A stretch of 63,956 bases of DNA, filler included, from 5 parts of 5 records of this genome joined end to end with filler, not necessarily neighbours in it, one strand, 5' to 3'; shown: positions 37,199 to 48,088, counted from the whole stretch's first letter. Notes: a model not told the origin generated them from the sequence alone. Numbers and translations are program-made.

Positions 37199-38851
37199 TC
37201 AAGCAAGATATCTGGCAACAATCGGCATTCTTCGTCCCATTCCAAAAGCCTTAGGCGATACCCGTAAAATGGGCGGTGTCTGATATCTTTTGTATTCGTT
37301 AATGTTGACCAGTTTTAAAGTTTTTCTTACGATCTTTTCATCGAAACCCATTTTTATAATCTCCTTTGGGCCTTGTCGCTGCTCGATGTACTGGAATAAT
37401 ATTTCATCAAGAACAGCATAATCAGGCAATGAATCCGAATCTTTCTGATCAGGCCTCAGCTCTGCCGAAGGTGGTTTGGTAATGATGTTTTCCGGAATAA
37501 TTTCGCCATCCTTATTGATGTACCTTGCCAGTTCAAAAACTTCAGTTTTATACACATCGCCTAACACCGACAACCCTCCGTTCATATCCCCGTAAAGTGT
37601 TCCATACCCAACTGCTGCCTCACTTTTATTGGAGGTGTTTAATAAAATGTATCCGAACTTGTTTGACAGCGCCATCAGCAATACCCCACGGATACGGGCC
37701 TGAATATTTTCCTCGGCAAGGTCAAAAGGCATATCCATAAAATGAGGATCGAGCTGAATCTTGAATTTGTCGTAAATTTCCTTGATGGTCACCAGCTTCT
37801 GGGGCGAGGCCAGGTTATCTAACAACTTAACAGAATCATCCACTGAGTGCTGCGAAGAAAACTGGCTGGGCATCATCACCGAAAGCACATTTTCGTTTCC
37901 AAGGGCCCTGGCAGCAATTGCCAGTGTAACCGCAGAATCGATACCACCAGACAACCCCAGAATGGCTCTTGAAAATCCAAGCTTCTCAAAATAATTTCTC
38001 ACACCCATCACCAGGCCGTCATGAATCAGGCCAATTTTTTCACTGCCCTCGGGATATTTATAAATCGGACGTTCGGATTTATCATCCTTTAGATTAACAT
38101 CGGTATCAAAAACCCTGAAATCTTCCTCATAGTATTTTAGTTCGTGCAATATCTCCCCGCCGGCATCAATCACCATGGACCCGCCATCAAAAAGCAGTTC
38201 GGTTTGCGCGCCAACATGATTTACATAAAACAGTGGAATGTTGTATTTGCGGGCATTTTCCTGCAGGATCTCCGAGCGTGTTTTATATTGGTTGTAATTA
38301 AAAGGCGATGCAGCAATGTTGATGATCATTTCAGGGTTTTGATCCATCATTTCATCCATGGGGTTGATGGTGTAGAGCGGATCGTTTCCCACATTCCATA
38401 AATCCTCGCATATGGTTAAGGCAATTTTTTTATCCTTAACGGTTATGGTTTCAAACGTGGTAGCAGGTTCAAAATAACGGTACTCATCAAAAATATCATA
38501 GTTCGGCAGCAAGGCCTTTTTCCTGATTTCAACAATCTCACCATCACGCAACAAAAAGGCAGCATTAAAAAGGTCCTTGCCCTGGAATTCCGGATTTTTT
38601 AGGGGGCCGCCAACAATAGCTGTTATTCCTGTACAGTAGTCAGCAATTTCCCGCATAGCTTCCATACACTGGTCGATGAAATCATCGAACTCCAAAAAAT
38701 CGCGGGGAGGATATCCTGAAACCGCCAACTCTGCAAACACTACCAGGTCAGCCTTTTCGGTAACGGCATGGTCAATTCCGGATTTTATTTTGGCCACATT
38801 GCTTTCAAAATTCCCAATGTGATAATTTATTTGTGCAAGAGCAATGCGCAT
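37199..38851 (-). CDS. nadE: Glutamine-dependent NAD+ synthetase
   Basis: Nitrilase domain (ICEDLW) plus LSGGIDS, ENIQARIR, NKSE, PSAEL. Confidence 0.95.
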   Translation of the reverse strand: MRIALAQINYHIGNFESNVAKIKSGIDHAVTEKADLVVFAELAVSGYPPRDFLEFDDFIDQCMEAMREIADYCTGITAIVGGPLKNPEFQGKDLFNAAFLLRDGEIVEIRKKALLPNYDIFDEYRYFEPATTFETITVKDKKIALTICEDLWNVGNDPLYTINPMDEMMDQNPEMIINIAASPFNYNQYKTRSEILQENARKYNIPLFYVNHVGAQTELLFDGGSMVIDAGGEILHELKYYEEDFRVFDTDVNLKDDKSERPIYKYPEGSEKIGLIHDGLVMGVRNYFEKLGFSRAILGLSGGIDSAVTLAIAARALGNENVLSVMMPSQFSSQHSVDDSVKLLDNLASPQKLVTIKEIYDKFKIQLDPHFMDMPFDLAEENIQARIRGVLLMALSNKFGYILLNTSNKSEAAVGYGTLYGDMNGGLSVLGDVYKTEVFELARYINKDGEIIPENIITKPPSAELRPDQKDSDSLPDYAVLDEILFQYIEQRQGPKEIIKMGFDEKIVRKTLKLVNINEYKRYQTPPILRVSPKAFGMGRRMPIVARYLA

Positions 38852-38862
38852 ATCAAGTTGAA

Positions 38863-39606
38863 TTAAAAAATTACGCCCAGCGTAAGCTCAAAGTAATGTG
38901 GACTGGCTTTTTGTTTTACACCGGTAACGGTGTTATTACCCTTAAGTACATTCGAAATGCCATTGTAATAGGTAACACCGGCTACAATCGAGGTAGAATT
39001 ATCGATGTAATATTCGATACCGCCACCCAAAACAAGGGATCCTTTGAGCAATGTTACATCATCCGAAATATCACGGTCATTATCCTGGCTCATGTATTCG
39101 CCGTCAACCTGATAACTGAAGTTATCCTCGGCCTTGGCTTTGATATTAAATCCCAGCGAAAATCCTATTTGCCCGAATACCTGAAGTGCATCAAATTTGT
39201 TGGTCTTCATTTTTAAGGTTAAAGGCAGATCGATATAACGAAGTTTCGTTTTTCGCATCATCGTGCCGGTAAAAGCCATGGAATCGGGTTCAGTGATTGT
39301 GATCATGTGCGGATAAGAATATTTTCCATTCAGGTAACTGATGTTAAAACCAGTACCCAGGTAGTAATTCTCGGTTATGGCAAAATCACTAATAAACCCC
39401 CACGAAAAGCCGGCCACCGAACCCTCTTTTTCATACTCATCCGAATCAGGAGAAATCCAGCCAACATTGGGAGCTACCTTTAAACCAAACCTGAAAGGTT
39501 TAACCTGTGCCTGGGATATTTGTGGAATGATGACACTCAGAAGTACAATCACAAGTGCAAATTTTTTCATAACCGGTATTTTTAAATTTGTTTCGACTGG
39601 AGGCAA
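38863..39606 (-). CDS. PorT-like outer-membrane beta-barrel protein
   Basis: Signal peptide, YIDLPLTLK, C-terminal LTLGVIF. Confidence 0.75.
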   Translation of the reverse strand: MPPVETNLKIPVMKKFALVIVLLSVIIPQISQAQVKPFRFGLKVAPNVGWISPDSDEYEKEGSVAGFSWGFISDFAITENYYLGTGFNISYLNGKYSYPHMITITEPDSMAFTGTMMRKTKLRYIDLPLTLKMKTNKFDALQVFGQIGFSLGFNIKAKAEDNFSYQVDGEYMSQDNDRDISDDVTLLKGSLVLGGGIEYYIDNSTSIVAGVTYYNGISNVLKGNNTVTGVKQKASPHYFELTLGVIF

Positions 39607-39745
39607 AAATAATTAATCTAACCCTTCAGTCCCGATGGTTTGGAAAAAAAGAAATATCAATCGCCTCAAAAACATTTTTCTTTTGACCATTTGCATTCTT
39701 TTCTATATTTGTACCCAGTTCATATTAACCTAATTCAAAATCATT

Positions 39746-40357
39746 ATGAAAAAGATAACATTATTATTTGTGATGATCCTTGCAGCAAGTTTTGCATTCG
39801 GACAAATATCACTAGGCCCTAAAATTGGTTTCAACACATCAGAACTCACTACCGATGTCAGCGAAATCAATTCCGAAATGAAAAACTCATTCAACTTTGG
39901 TGTTTTCTTAAGGATTGGTAAAAAGATTTATGTACAGCCTGAGGTTAACTGGCTGACCCGTGGGAGTGTACTCAAAGTTCCCTCCTTGAGTTCTGTAAGT
40001 CCTGTTGAACAGGAAATTGATATGAAATCCATCGAAATTCCTGTTTTGGTGGGGTGGAGACTGATCAATTTTGGTGTTGGCAATGTAAGGATAATGGCTG
40101 GTCCGTCTGCCTCAATTGTTACAGATAAAACAATTACGACAGATGATGGAAATAATCTCACCGACCCAATCCAGGATTCAGACATTGAGGATATGATTTG
40201 GGGCTTCAACATCGGAGCAGGCGTAGATGTATTGATGTTTACGCTTGATGTGCGCTATCAGATGGGGCTTAACGATGTAATCAAATCAGTTGAGGAATTT
40301 GATATCAATTCAAAAAATAACATTTTTGCAGTTTCACTGGGCTGGAAAATTATTTAG
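39746..40357 (+). CDS. Porin-family outer-membrane beta-barrel protein
   Basis: GPKIGFN, YVQPE, IEIPVLVG, LDVRY, SLGW. Confidence 0.75.
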   Translation: MKKITLLFVMILAASFAFGQISLGPKIGFNTSELTTDVSEINSEMKNSFNFGVFLRIGKKIYVQPEVNWLTRGSVLKVPSLSSVSPVEQEIDMKSIEIPVLVGWRLINFGVGNVRIMAGPSASIVTDKTITTDDGNNLTDPIQDSDIEDMIWGFNIGAGVDVLMFTLDVRYQMGLNDVIKSVEEFDINSKNNIFAVSLGWKII

Positions 40358-40389
40358 CCTGTAATAAAAGATATTTCATTTTCGTAATT

Positions 40390-40422
40390 AAAAGTGCCAA
40401 TACCGTTGTGTTGGCACTTTTT
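40390..40422 (+). terminator. Terminator hairpin
   Basis: AAAAGTGCCAA...TTGGCACTTTT. Confidence 0.65.
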
Positions 40423-40429
40423 TAATTTT

Positions 40430-41422
40430 ATGCATATGAGAAATTTGGGCCTGGTATTTATCTTGATTTTGATTTTAACCTCCTGCAAAACCAACAATGA
40501 TCGGAAACTGGATGTAGATGTTGGCGGTATTGATATCCCTGACGTTGAGATCAGGAGATACGAAAAAGCGTTATTCAACATTTCACCTGATTCACTTCAA
40601 TCCGGATTAAAGGCCATACAACCGGAATTTCCGGTTTTCCTCGGTGCTGATCTCGACGACACACTCAATATTATCCAGCTCCACCGATTTATAACCGATC
40701 CCTTAAACATCAAACTTTTCGATAGCACTGTTGCCAAATATCCTGACCTTCATTTTCTTGAAAGTGGCCTTAAATCGGGGTTTAAGCATTTCAGATATTA
40801 CTTCCCAGATAAACCGCTACCGGATGTCTTTACCTATGTTTCAGGCTTACTGTATGAACTTCCTATTCAGTTTTTTAACGATGATATGATCATCGCCCTT
40901 GATATGTATCTTGGTGAACTGGAAGAATACCGCCGTATGCGAATCCCGCTTTACCAGGTGAAAAAAATGAACCGGGAATTTATGGTGAGGGATGCCTTGT
41001 ATGAACTTTTCTTTTACCATTTCGCGCTAAAGCCAGGAAAGGACTTTTTGCAAATGATGATCAACAGAGGCAAACACCTGTATTTTCTGGATGCCATGCT
41101 TCCTGAAACTCATGATTACATAAAGATCGGATATCCATCAGAAAAATTGCAATGGTGTGTCAATAACGAGGAGAATATTTGGTCGTTCATTATCGAAAAT
41201 GAATTGTTGTATGACTCGGATGCAGGGATTAACCGTAAGTTTTTTGTAGATGGCCCATTCACTTCTGAATTTTCATCAGATTCTCCTGCAAGGCTTGGCG
41301 AATGGATTGGCTGGCAAGTAGTAAGGGCTTACATGAATTACAACCCCAAGATTCAGCTCCGGCAACTTTTGGAAGAGCAGGATGCACAAAAAATCCTTAG
41401 TCAATCGGGCTACAAGCCTTAA
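40430..41422 (+). CDS. gldB: Gliding motility lipoprotein GldB-like
   Basis: Lipobox LTSC; IRRYE, ALDMYLG, WC..NE..IW, PF..SPARLG.WIGWQ, ILSQSGYKP; near nadE. Confidence 0.8.
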   Translation: MHMRNLGLVFILILILTSCKTNNDRKLDVDVGGIDIPDVEIRRYEKALFNISPDSLQSGLKAIQPEFPVFLGADLDDTLNIIQLHRFITDPLNIKLFDSTVAKYPDLHFLESGLKSGFKHFRYYFPDKPLPDVFTYVSGLLYELPIQFFNDDMIIALDMYLGELEEYRRMRIPLYQVKKMNREFMVRDALYELFFYHFALKPGKDFLQMMINRGKHLYFLDAMLPETHDYIKIGYPSEKLQWCVNNEENIWSFIIENELLYDSDAGINRKFFVDGPFTSEFSSDSPARLGEWIGWQVVRAYMNYNPKIQLRQLLEEQDAQKILSQSGYKP

Positions 41423-41655
41423 AGTGCACCTCCTATCAGTCTCAGAATTCATCCGTCATCAGGTATTTTTTAAAACCTGTATCTGATCATTCACTGAGTA
41501 ATTCTGAAATAGTGTTGAGTAAATTTACACCAGCCAAAAAATATTTTTACGTTTTCTGGCAATTTGGCATTATTTTTACGAAATTTGCATGCATTGTAGT
41601 AAAAAATTTTTACCAATACGAATTGAGATCGATACACCTCAACAGCAAAATTGAA

Positions 41656-44600
41656 ATGAAATTTTTACAACGTGACTGTCGTAAGTGCCAGTTACAAAAT
41701 ATTTTTATTCTACTCTCTCTGGTTATCCTTCCGGTTCTGCATGCAGCATTATGTTGCACTGTAAACGCAGCAATAAGCAATAGCCCTGAGGTTATCATTT
41801 ACCAGGAACTCCCTGATAGTCTGAAACTTGAAAATAAACAAACGAACCGACAAGGCGATCCTGGTATTGCCCGTGCCTCTGGAAATCCAACAGAAAATAA
41901 TTTTACGGAATCAATTCGGGGCTCAGCCAGTGCAACGTTTACATCAGGTATTATCGATTCTGATCGGGACTTTAATCAATCTACCAATTCATCATCCTGC
42001 CCTGGATATTTAACAGTAACGATTCCCATTGGTGCGGTAATTACATCAGTAGATGTTGAATATGACATGACCTCAAATAACCCAACTTATGTTTTACACC
42101 AAAGGTCGCAGCTTAGATGTGTGTCCCCGGGCGGCATTAATGAAATGGCCGTCACCCAGGGAGTTGGAAACAGTGAAGGTACATATTCCTATAGCCGCTC
42201 CGGCCTCTCGATTGCAAATAATGTTACAGGGGGAGGTGATATTGAATTTGAGCTACATGCCGGTAGAACAACACACTCATCCGGATGCAGCAACAATAAA
42301 ATTTTTGTTCCAAATAACACCTGGACCGTTACCGTATACTATACAGAAACACCCATCCCCGATTTTACGGTTGATCCCGCAACTGTATTTGTCAATCAGC
42401 CGGCAACTTTTACAGATATTTCAACCGGAAACATAACTTCCTGGCAATGGGATTTTGGTGCAGATGCAGTACCGGCCACAGCAAATACACAAGGCCCGCA
42501 TTTGGTTTCCTGGACTTCCGATGGGTTAAAAACAATTAGTCTCACCTTAAATGGCACTTATACCGAAACAAAAACTTTCATGGTTGATGTTGCCGATCCG
42601 ATATTATCAAGCAGCGCAACATACACCAGCGGAGATATTTCAACCGATGGATCATATTATGTAGAGAACACCGGATCCAGATGCCCGGGAACATTAACAG
42701 TTACCATCCCTGTTGGCGCTATTATTTCAAGCGTTGATGTGGAATATGAAATGACCGCCCGAAACAACGCCTGGATGTCGGAGCAACGATCCCAGCTTCG
42801 TTGTGTTTCAACTGGTGGTATAACCGAAGGTGAAATCTATTCAGGATCAGGAAATAGCACAGGAACATTTTCATATAGCCGCACAGGCCTTGACATAGCA
42901 AATAGTGTTACTGGCGGTGGTGATATAGCGTTTGAACTCCATGCGGGGCGAACCTGGCCAAGCTCATTTGGGAGTTGCACTGCCTACTACAATTATGTGA
43001 GGAATGGTTCATGGACAGTGACAGTTTATTATTCTTTTGATCCGATTCCCAATTTTTATGCAGATAACACATTTGTATTCCTTGGCAATCAGGTCGAGTT
43101 TACCGACATTTCGCTGGGTGCTATCACCAGCTGGGACTGGGACTTTGGGGGTGGATCGCTACCATCAACGGCAACAACACAAGGTCCGCACAATGTTGTT
43201 TATAACAGTGCGGGTTATAAAGATGTCTCCCTTACCGTAAATGGTTCCTACAACCAGGTGAAAGAAGATTACATTTTTGTGAGCGATCCCAATGATTGGT
43301 TGAAGTGGGATGACAACATTAACAGCAGTGCCATAGGGCGTACAGCAACCGATGACTGGCAAATTGCAGCACGATTTGAACCAATAGACTTTAGTGGCTT
43401 TTCGAACAGTCAGATCACAAAAATCAGGGTTTATGTCCAGGATGTGCCAACCAGTTCAACGATCAAAATTTGGCAGGGGAGTGATTATCTGAACCTGACT
43501 GAATATGTGAGTCAGGTTTTTACACCTGTTGCCAATAGCTGGAATGTGGTTGATCTCAATACACCTTACGTAGTAAATTCAACAGAAGAGCTATGGTTTG
43601 GCGTTGAATACGATCAACTTGTTGATGATTTCCCGGCGGGTATTGATGCCGGCACATCTGTGGATGGTAAAAGCAATATGTACCGTATTGATCTTAGCGA
43701 TCCATCAGACTGGAACTCGTTATCCTCCGCAAATATTGATGGCGACTGGAACCTCCAGGCTTACCTCGTGGAAACGGGAAGCTGGATAGGGGTAGTTTCA
43801 CCACAATGGGAAGACCCAAACAACTGGTTCTCGTCAACAGTCCCCAATGCCACAACAGATGTAAATATTCCAGTTACACCAAACGATCCTTTTCTCCGCT
43901 CCGATGCAGAAGTTAGGGATATCACCATCGAACCCGGAGCATCCCTGACCATTTCAGCAGACAGAAGCCTGACTGTAAACGGAACAATGGTAAATAACGC
44001 AGGCGCTGAAAACCTCATTATCCAATCGAATATAGATGGAACAGGTTCGCTCATTTGCACCACCACAGGTGTTCAGGGGACTTTCCAGCGCTATATAAAA
44101 GGTGAACCGGAAGCATGGCATGGGCTGTCATCACCCATGACCGACCAGGAAATATCCGGCGACTTTACACCCTCCGGTGATTATGCCGACGGCACAGGTT
44201 ATGACGTTTATACCTGGTACGAACCTGACACTTCGTGGATTTATTTGCTCAACGACAGTTATCCGCCCACATGGCTTGATGCCAACGGAAATAATGATTT
44301 CCTGCAAGGCAAGGGCTACCTGGTTTCATATCAGGACACCAATCCTACCCTGAATTATAAAGGCACATTGGCTGCCGGTAATGTTAATGTTCCGGTTACG
44401 CTAACTACCGGGGTGGGTGATGCCTTCGGGTCGAACCTGCTTGGAAATCCTTACCCATCTTCAATCGACTGGAGTGCTGCAACCGGGTGGAACCGTGCTG
44501 ATCTGGATATGACGGGTGGCGGTTACAATATTTGGGTCTGGAATGATACGGCTTATAATTACGGTGTTTACAATTCAGCATCCACCAGCGATGTGGGAAC

Positions 44601-45384
44601 ACTAGGTGTTACCAGACATATTCCACCGACCCAGGGATTTTTTGTGTTAGCTGCACAATCCGGTGCGGTGGGATTTACTGATGATTTACGTGTTAATGAT
44701 GGGTCATCCAACTGGTTGAAATCAAAAGGAGAAAAACCGGAACTGTTTTTCCTGGCTGTATATTCTGAAGATGGGAATGGTGATGATGAAGTAATGTTAG
44801 AAATGAACCAGGACGAAAGCAAAAAAGGCGCTTTCAAACGATTCAGCTTCATTCCGACTGCTCCCAGTTTATGGATTCCCAAATCGGGACAGTACTATTC
44901 CTCTCTGATGATTGACAGCCTGACGCAATATTCTGTTTTACCGGTATCATTCAAAGCCGGCAAATCAGGAAGTTTCCGCATGGAGTCGTTGTTTTATCAG
45001 GATAGTATTGAAACAGCGTTGCTTCACGATAAACAAACAGGAGAAGTTATTGATCTGTTACAAACACAGGAATTTACCTTCCTCGCATCCGAATCCGACG
45101 ATCCGGGCAGATTCGTTTTACAATTCAAGGAAGGAATTTATCCGGATCCGCATCAACAGTTACCGGTTAGGATTTTTACATACAACCATGTGCTATCCAT
45201 CGATATGCGGCTGGTTGAAGAATCCTGCGACATAGAAATGTACAATCTGGCAGGTGTAAACGTTTTCGACGACAATCTGGAGGGTGGAATGCAGTACGAA
45301 ATACAGTTCCCTGACTTACAAGGTGCTTTTATTGTTAGTGTAACCAGTAACCAGGGAAGAACAACAAATAAGGTAGTTTTCTAA
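41656..45384 (+). CDS. Large secreted adhesin-like protein with two tandem (Cys-containing domain + PKD) units and a degenerate T9SS-like tail
   Basis: Repeated CPG.LTVTIP..SVDVEY.MT..QRSQLRCVS..ELHAGRT..WTVTVYY plus F.D.S.G.ITSW.WDFG; GNPYPSSIDW, IPPTQGFFV. Start uncertain (ORF open from 41512). Confidence 0.7.
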   Translation: MKFLQRDCRKCQLQNIFILLSLVILPVLHAALCCTVNAAISNSPEVIIYQELPDSLKLENKQTNRQGDPGIARASGNPTENNFTESIRGSASATFTSGIIDSDRDFNQSTNSSSCPGYLTVTIPIGAVITSVDVEYDMTSNNPTYVLHQRSQLRCVSPGGINEMAVTQGVGNSEGTYSYSRSGLSIANNVTGGGDIEFELHAGRTTHSSGCSNNKIFVPNNTWTVTVYYTETPIPDFTVDPATVFVNQPATFTDISTGNITSWQWDFGADAVPATANTQGPHLVSWTSDGLKTISLTLNGTYTETKTFMVDVADPILSSSATYTSGDISTDGSYYVENTGSRCPGTLTVTIPVGAIISSVDVEYEMTARNNAWMSEQRSQLRCVSTGGITEGEIYSGSGNSTGTFSYSRTGLDIANSVTGGGDIAFELHAGRTWPSSFGSCTAYYNYVRNGSWTVTVYYSFDPIPNFYADNTFVFLGNQVEFTDISLGAITSWDWDFGGGSLPSTATTQGPHNVVYNSAGYKDVSLTVNGSYNQVKEDYIFVSDPNDWLKWDDNINSSAIGRTATDDWQIAARFEPIDFSGFSNSQITKIRVYVQDVPTSSTIKIWQGSDYLNLTEYVSQVFTPVANSWNVVDLNTPYVVNSTEELWFGVEYDQLVDDFPAGIDAGTSVDGKSNMYRIDLSDPSDWNSLSSANIDGDWNLQAYLVETGSWIGVVSPQWEDPNNWFSSTVPNATTDVNIPVTPNDPFLRSDAEVRDITIEPGASLTISADRSLTVNGTMVNNAGAENLIIQSNIDGTGSLICTTTGVQGTFQRYIKGEPEAWHGLSSPMTDQEISGDFTPSGDYADGTGYDVYTWYEPDTSWIYLLNDSYPPTWLDANGNNDFLQGKGYLVSYQDTNPTLNYKGTLAAGNVNVPVTLTTGVGDAFGSNLLGNPYPSSIDWSAATGWNRADLDMTGGGYNIWVWNDTAYNYGVYNSASTSDVGTLGVTRHIPPTQGFFVLAAQSGAVGFTDDLRVNDGSSNWLKSKGEKPELFFLAVYSEDGNGDDEVMLEMNQDESKKGAFKRFSFIPTAPSLWIPKSGQYYSSLMIDSLTQYSVLPVSFKAGKSGSFRMESLFYQDSIETALLHDKQTGEVIDLLQTQEFTFLASESDDPGRFVLQFKEGIYPDPHQQLPVRIFTYNHVLSIDMRLVEESCDIEMYNLAGVNVFDDNLEGGMQYEIQFPDLQGAFIVSVTSNQGRTTNKVVF

Positions 45385-45406
45385 ACCAATTTATATTAAA
45401 AACATC

Positions 45407-46759
45407 ATGAGCAATATTCTAATCATTGACGATGACGATTTTATCAGGGGTGTGCTGATAAGTGTACTTAAAAAAGCAGGTTACAAAGTTGTTGATGCAG
45501 CTGATGGAGAAACCGGATTGAAATATGTTAAGGAACACGATCCTGATCTTGTGCTCACCGATTATAAAATGCCCGGCATATCCGGAATGGACGTGCTGCA
45601 GGAACTCGTAAGAACCAATCCGGGTCTACCTGTGATCATGCTTACGGCTTATGGTGATGTTGCCCTCACCATTAAAGCGATCCAGGCTGGTGCTTATGAT
45701 TTTATCGAAAAGCCCGTTAAAAACCATGAATTGCTTGAAGCCATCCAAAATGGGGTGAAAGCATCTGAGCAGAGTAAAAGTCTCAAACAGGTGATTGCTC
45801 CTGAAGCCCGGAAAGAAATTGAGGAAAACCTTCCTGCTGGCAAAACACCAGCCATGCGAGAAATTTTCAAAAACATTGGACGTATATCGCTCAATAAAGT
45901 TCATGTGGTGATTAGCGGCGAATCGGGAACCGGAAAAGAACAAGTTGCACGACTCATCCACTATAGCGGAATCAATCGCGAACATCCGTTCATGGTAGTT
46001 TACTGCAGTTCAGCCGATGAACAAAAACTCGACCGCGAATTATTTGGCTTCACCAATGGAAATGGTTCAGGAAGTTATTCCGGTAAACTGGAACAGGTAG
46101 GTGAGGGTACCATTTTTATTGATGAATTTCCTGAACTTCCTGAAAGGATCCAGCGAAAGCTGTTCCGTGCATTCCAAAACGGAGAATTTGAACAACCCGG
46201 AAATCAACAACCCATACAACTCAGGGCCAGATTTATTGTGGCTACAAATAAAGATGTTGATATTATGCTACAGGAAGGTAAATTTTCAAAAGACCTTTAT
46301 TACCGTTTAAGGATGTTTTCGATACACCTGCCTCCCGTTCGAGAACGCAGGGAAGATATCCCGGAACTGGTTCAATCGTTACTGATCAAACTAAACCGGC
46401 GATTCAACAAACACGTGGTTAAAGTGGAAGATGGTTTGATTGATTTGCTTAAATCATACAATTGGCCGGGCAACATCCGCGAATTGGAAAATACCCTTAC
46501 GCAAGCCATGATTTTAACACATGGTGATGTGCTGGAAAAGAAGAACATCCCATCATTTCAAAAACCAACCGGACAAGCAGGTGAAACGAGTCATGCAAAT
46601 CTTGTCCCCATGTTTGAAGTTGAGAAAGAACATATCAAAAAAGTGCTGGACGCCGTTAACTGGAACAAAATGGAGGCTTCGGGCATACTACAGATCACAA
46701 GGCCGACTTTGAATAAGAAAATCGAAAAGTACGCCCTTGAACCGAGTCATGGTTTATAA
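45407..46759 (+). CDS. NtrC-family response regulator (REC-AAA+-Fis HTH) lacking the GAFTGA loop
   Basis: DDD/D/T/K receiver motifs, GESGTGKE, FIDE, DLYYRL, WPGNIREL; ELFGFTNGNGSGSYSGK where ELFGHEKGAFTGA is expected. Confidence 0.9.
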   Translation: MSNILIIDDDDFIRGVLISVLKKAGYKVVDAADGETGLKYVKEHDPDLVLTDYKMPGISGMDVLQELVRTNPGLPVIMLTAYGDVALTIKAIQAGAYDFIEKPVKNHELLEAIQNGVKASEQSKSLKQVIAPEARKEIEENLPAGKTPAMREIFKNIGRISLNKVHVVISGESGTGKEQVARLIHYSGINREHPFMVVYCSSADEQKLDRELFGFTNGNGSGSYSGKLEQVGEGTIFIDEFPELPERIQRKLFRAFQNGEFEQPGNQQPIQLRARFIVATNKDVDIMLQEGKFSKDLYYRLRMFSIHLPPVRERREDIPELVQSLLIKLNRRFNKHVVKVEDGLIDLLKSYNWPGNIRELENTLTQAMILTHGDVLEKKNIPSFQKPTGQAGETSHANLVPMFEVEKEHIKKVLDAVNWNKMEASGILQITRPTLNKKIEKYALEPSHGL

Positions 46760-46897
46760 CGTTTATTGGTCCGGGCTAACGTCTCCATAGGGTAACCCTC
46801 TCAATACTTTTATCTCCCATTATTTCCAGGGTTAAGTTATTCTGCATTTCGTATAAAATAACCAAACCCACCAATCTTGTTTTTCCCAAACCTACAT

Positions 46898-47196
46898 TGT
46901 AAACATTTTTTACACAGGTGTAATTTTGTGCAATTTTGAGATAAAACACCCACTTTTTTTATAGTTTTTGGTTAAAATTTCAGCTACGCCAATAAATCCC
47001 GGTGTAAATTATTGATTGTGTGTATATTTTCTTTACACTATGGTTTATTTTAAAAAGTTTGTATCTGCTTGATTTTTTGTGTTTTATGTAAACCATAACA
47101 CAAAATGTAAAGTTTTTATATTTTTTGTTGCTTTTTTACTTGACTTATGTAAATTTTTTATCTATCTTTGTTGGGTAGTTGTTAATTTATTTTACA
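46898..47196. promoter_or_regulatory. Three TGT-N11-ACA palindromic boxes (candidate enhancer/operator sites)
   Basis: TGTAAA-CATTT-TTTACA 46898-46914; TGTATA-TTTTC-TTTACA 47021-47037; TGTTAA-TTTAT-TTTACA 47180-47196. Confidence 0.55.
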
Positions 47197-47628
47197 ATGA
47201 AACCAGCAAAAAAACTCATAACACTAATCAGCGCACTGTTCATCCTGGCGGGAGTTTCTGCTCAGGTAACAGTTACAGGTCATGTATCTGCTGAGGTGGT
47301 TGAGGCGGTTTCAGCTAAATCAGGAACAAATAACCTGCTTTCACTTCAACAAAACACATCCCCTGAAAATCTGGACCTTGGAAGCTTTACCCTTAGCGGT
47401 GGGTCGAATGCAATTTGCTCCGTTGTGGTAAATTCATCACAATTAACCGGAAATCATGGTAACCAGGTTAACTTCTCTGCAAATACCAATCTGACCAACA
47501 ATACTGGTGTGCTTGACGACAGAGGAACACAGGTGTTTACTTTTAAAGGCAATGCAAGTGAGGACATCCTGAAGAGCAACGAAAAAAAATATGAAGGCCA
47601 ATATAATGTGGTTTTCGCGTATAACTAG
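47197..47628 (+). CDS. DUF4402-like pilin subunit
   Basis: Signal peptide, VSAEVVEA, C-terminal Y.G.YNVVFAYN. Confidence 0.65.
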   Translation: MKPAKKLITLISALFILAGVSAQVTVTGHVSAEVVEAVSAKSGTNNLLSLQQNTSPENLDLGSFTLSGGSNAICSVVVNSSQLTGNHGNQVNFSANTNLTNNTGVLDDRGTQVFTFKGNASEDILKSNEKKYEGQYNVVFAYN

Positions 47629-47999
47629 AAACTTGTAACTCTCCGAATAGACAATTAGCTTTCTCACTTTGAGAAAGCTTTTTTTTTGCAATCAGGTTTT
47701 AGTATAAATTATCAAATTAATGTGCCAAAACACTATTTTGTTTCTGGAATTGTCATATCCAGGCAGATAAAAAACGCTTCAAGCCCTTTTGCATGTTGAT
47801 TTTTAATTACATTTGCCGTCCAGTGAAAAAATAGTAGAAAATTCAAAACAAAAAAGAACAGCAAATTGACCAGCCCGTATTTTTCCCAATGGGATAAAGT
47901 CTCAAATTATTTTCATTTTGGAAACATTTTTGAAAAATTGGTTCACGATTTGGAAAACTGTGTTGTGCCTAATTATTGATTAACAGGGTGTTATAATTT

Positions 48000-48015
48000 T
48001 GGCATATGCTTTGCT
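48000..48015 (+). promoter_or_regulatory. sigma54 (-24/-12) promoter upstream of the putative major pilin
   Basis: TGGCATATGCTTTGCT, with GG-N10-GC spacing. Confidence 0.6.
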
Positions 48016-48088
48016 AATCTGGTATCACGTGTTTGCAAATAATAAACAATATTTAAAATAAATTTCAATCTTCAAAAATTAAAGAATT

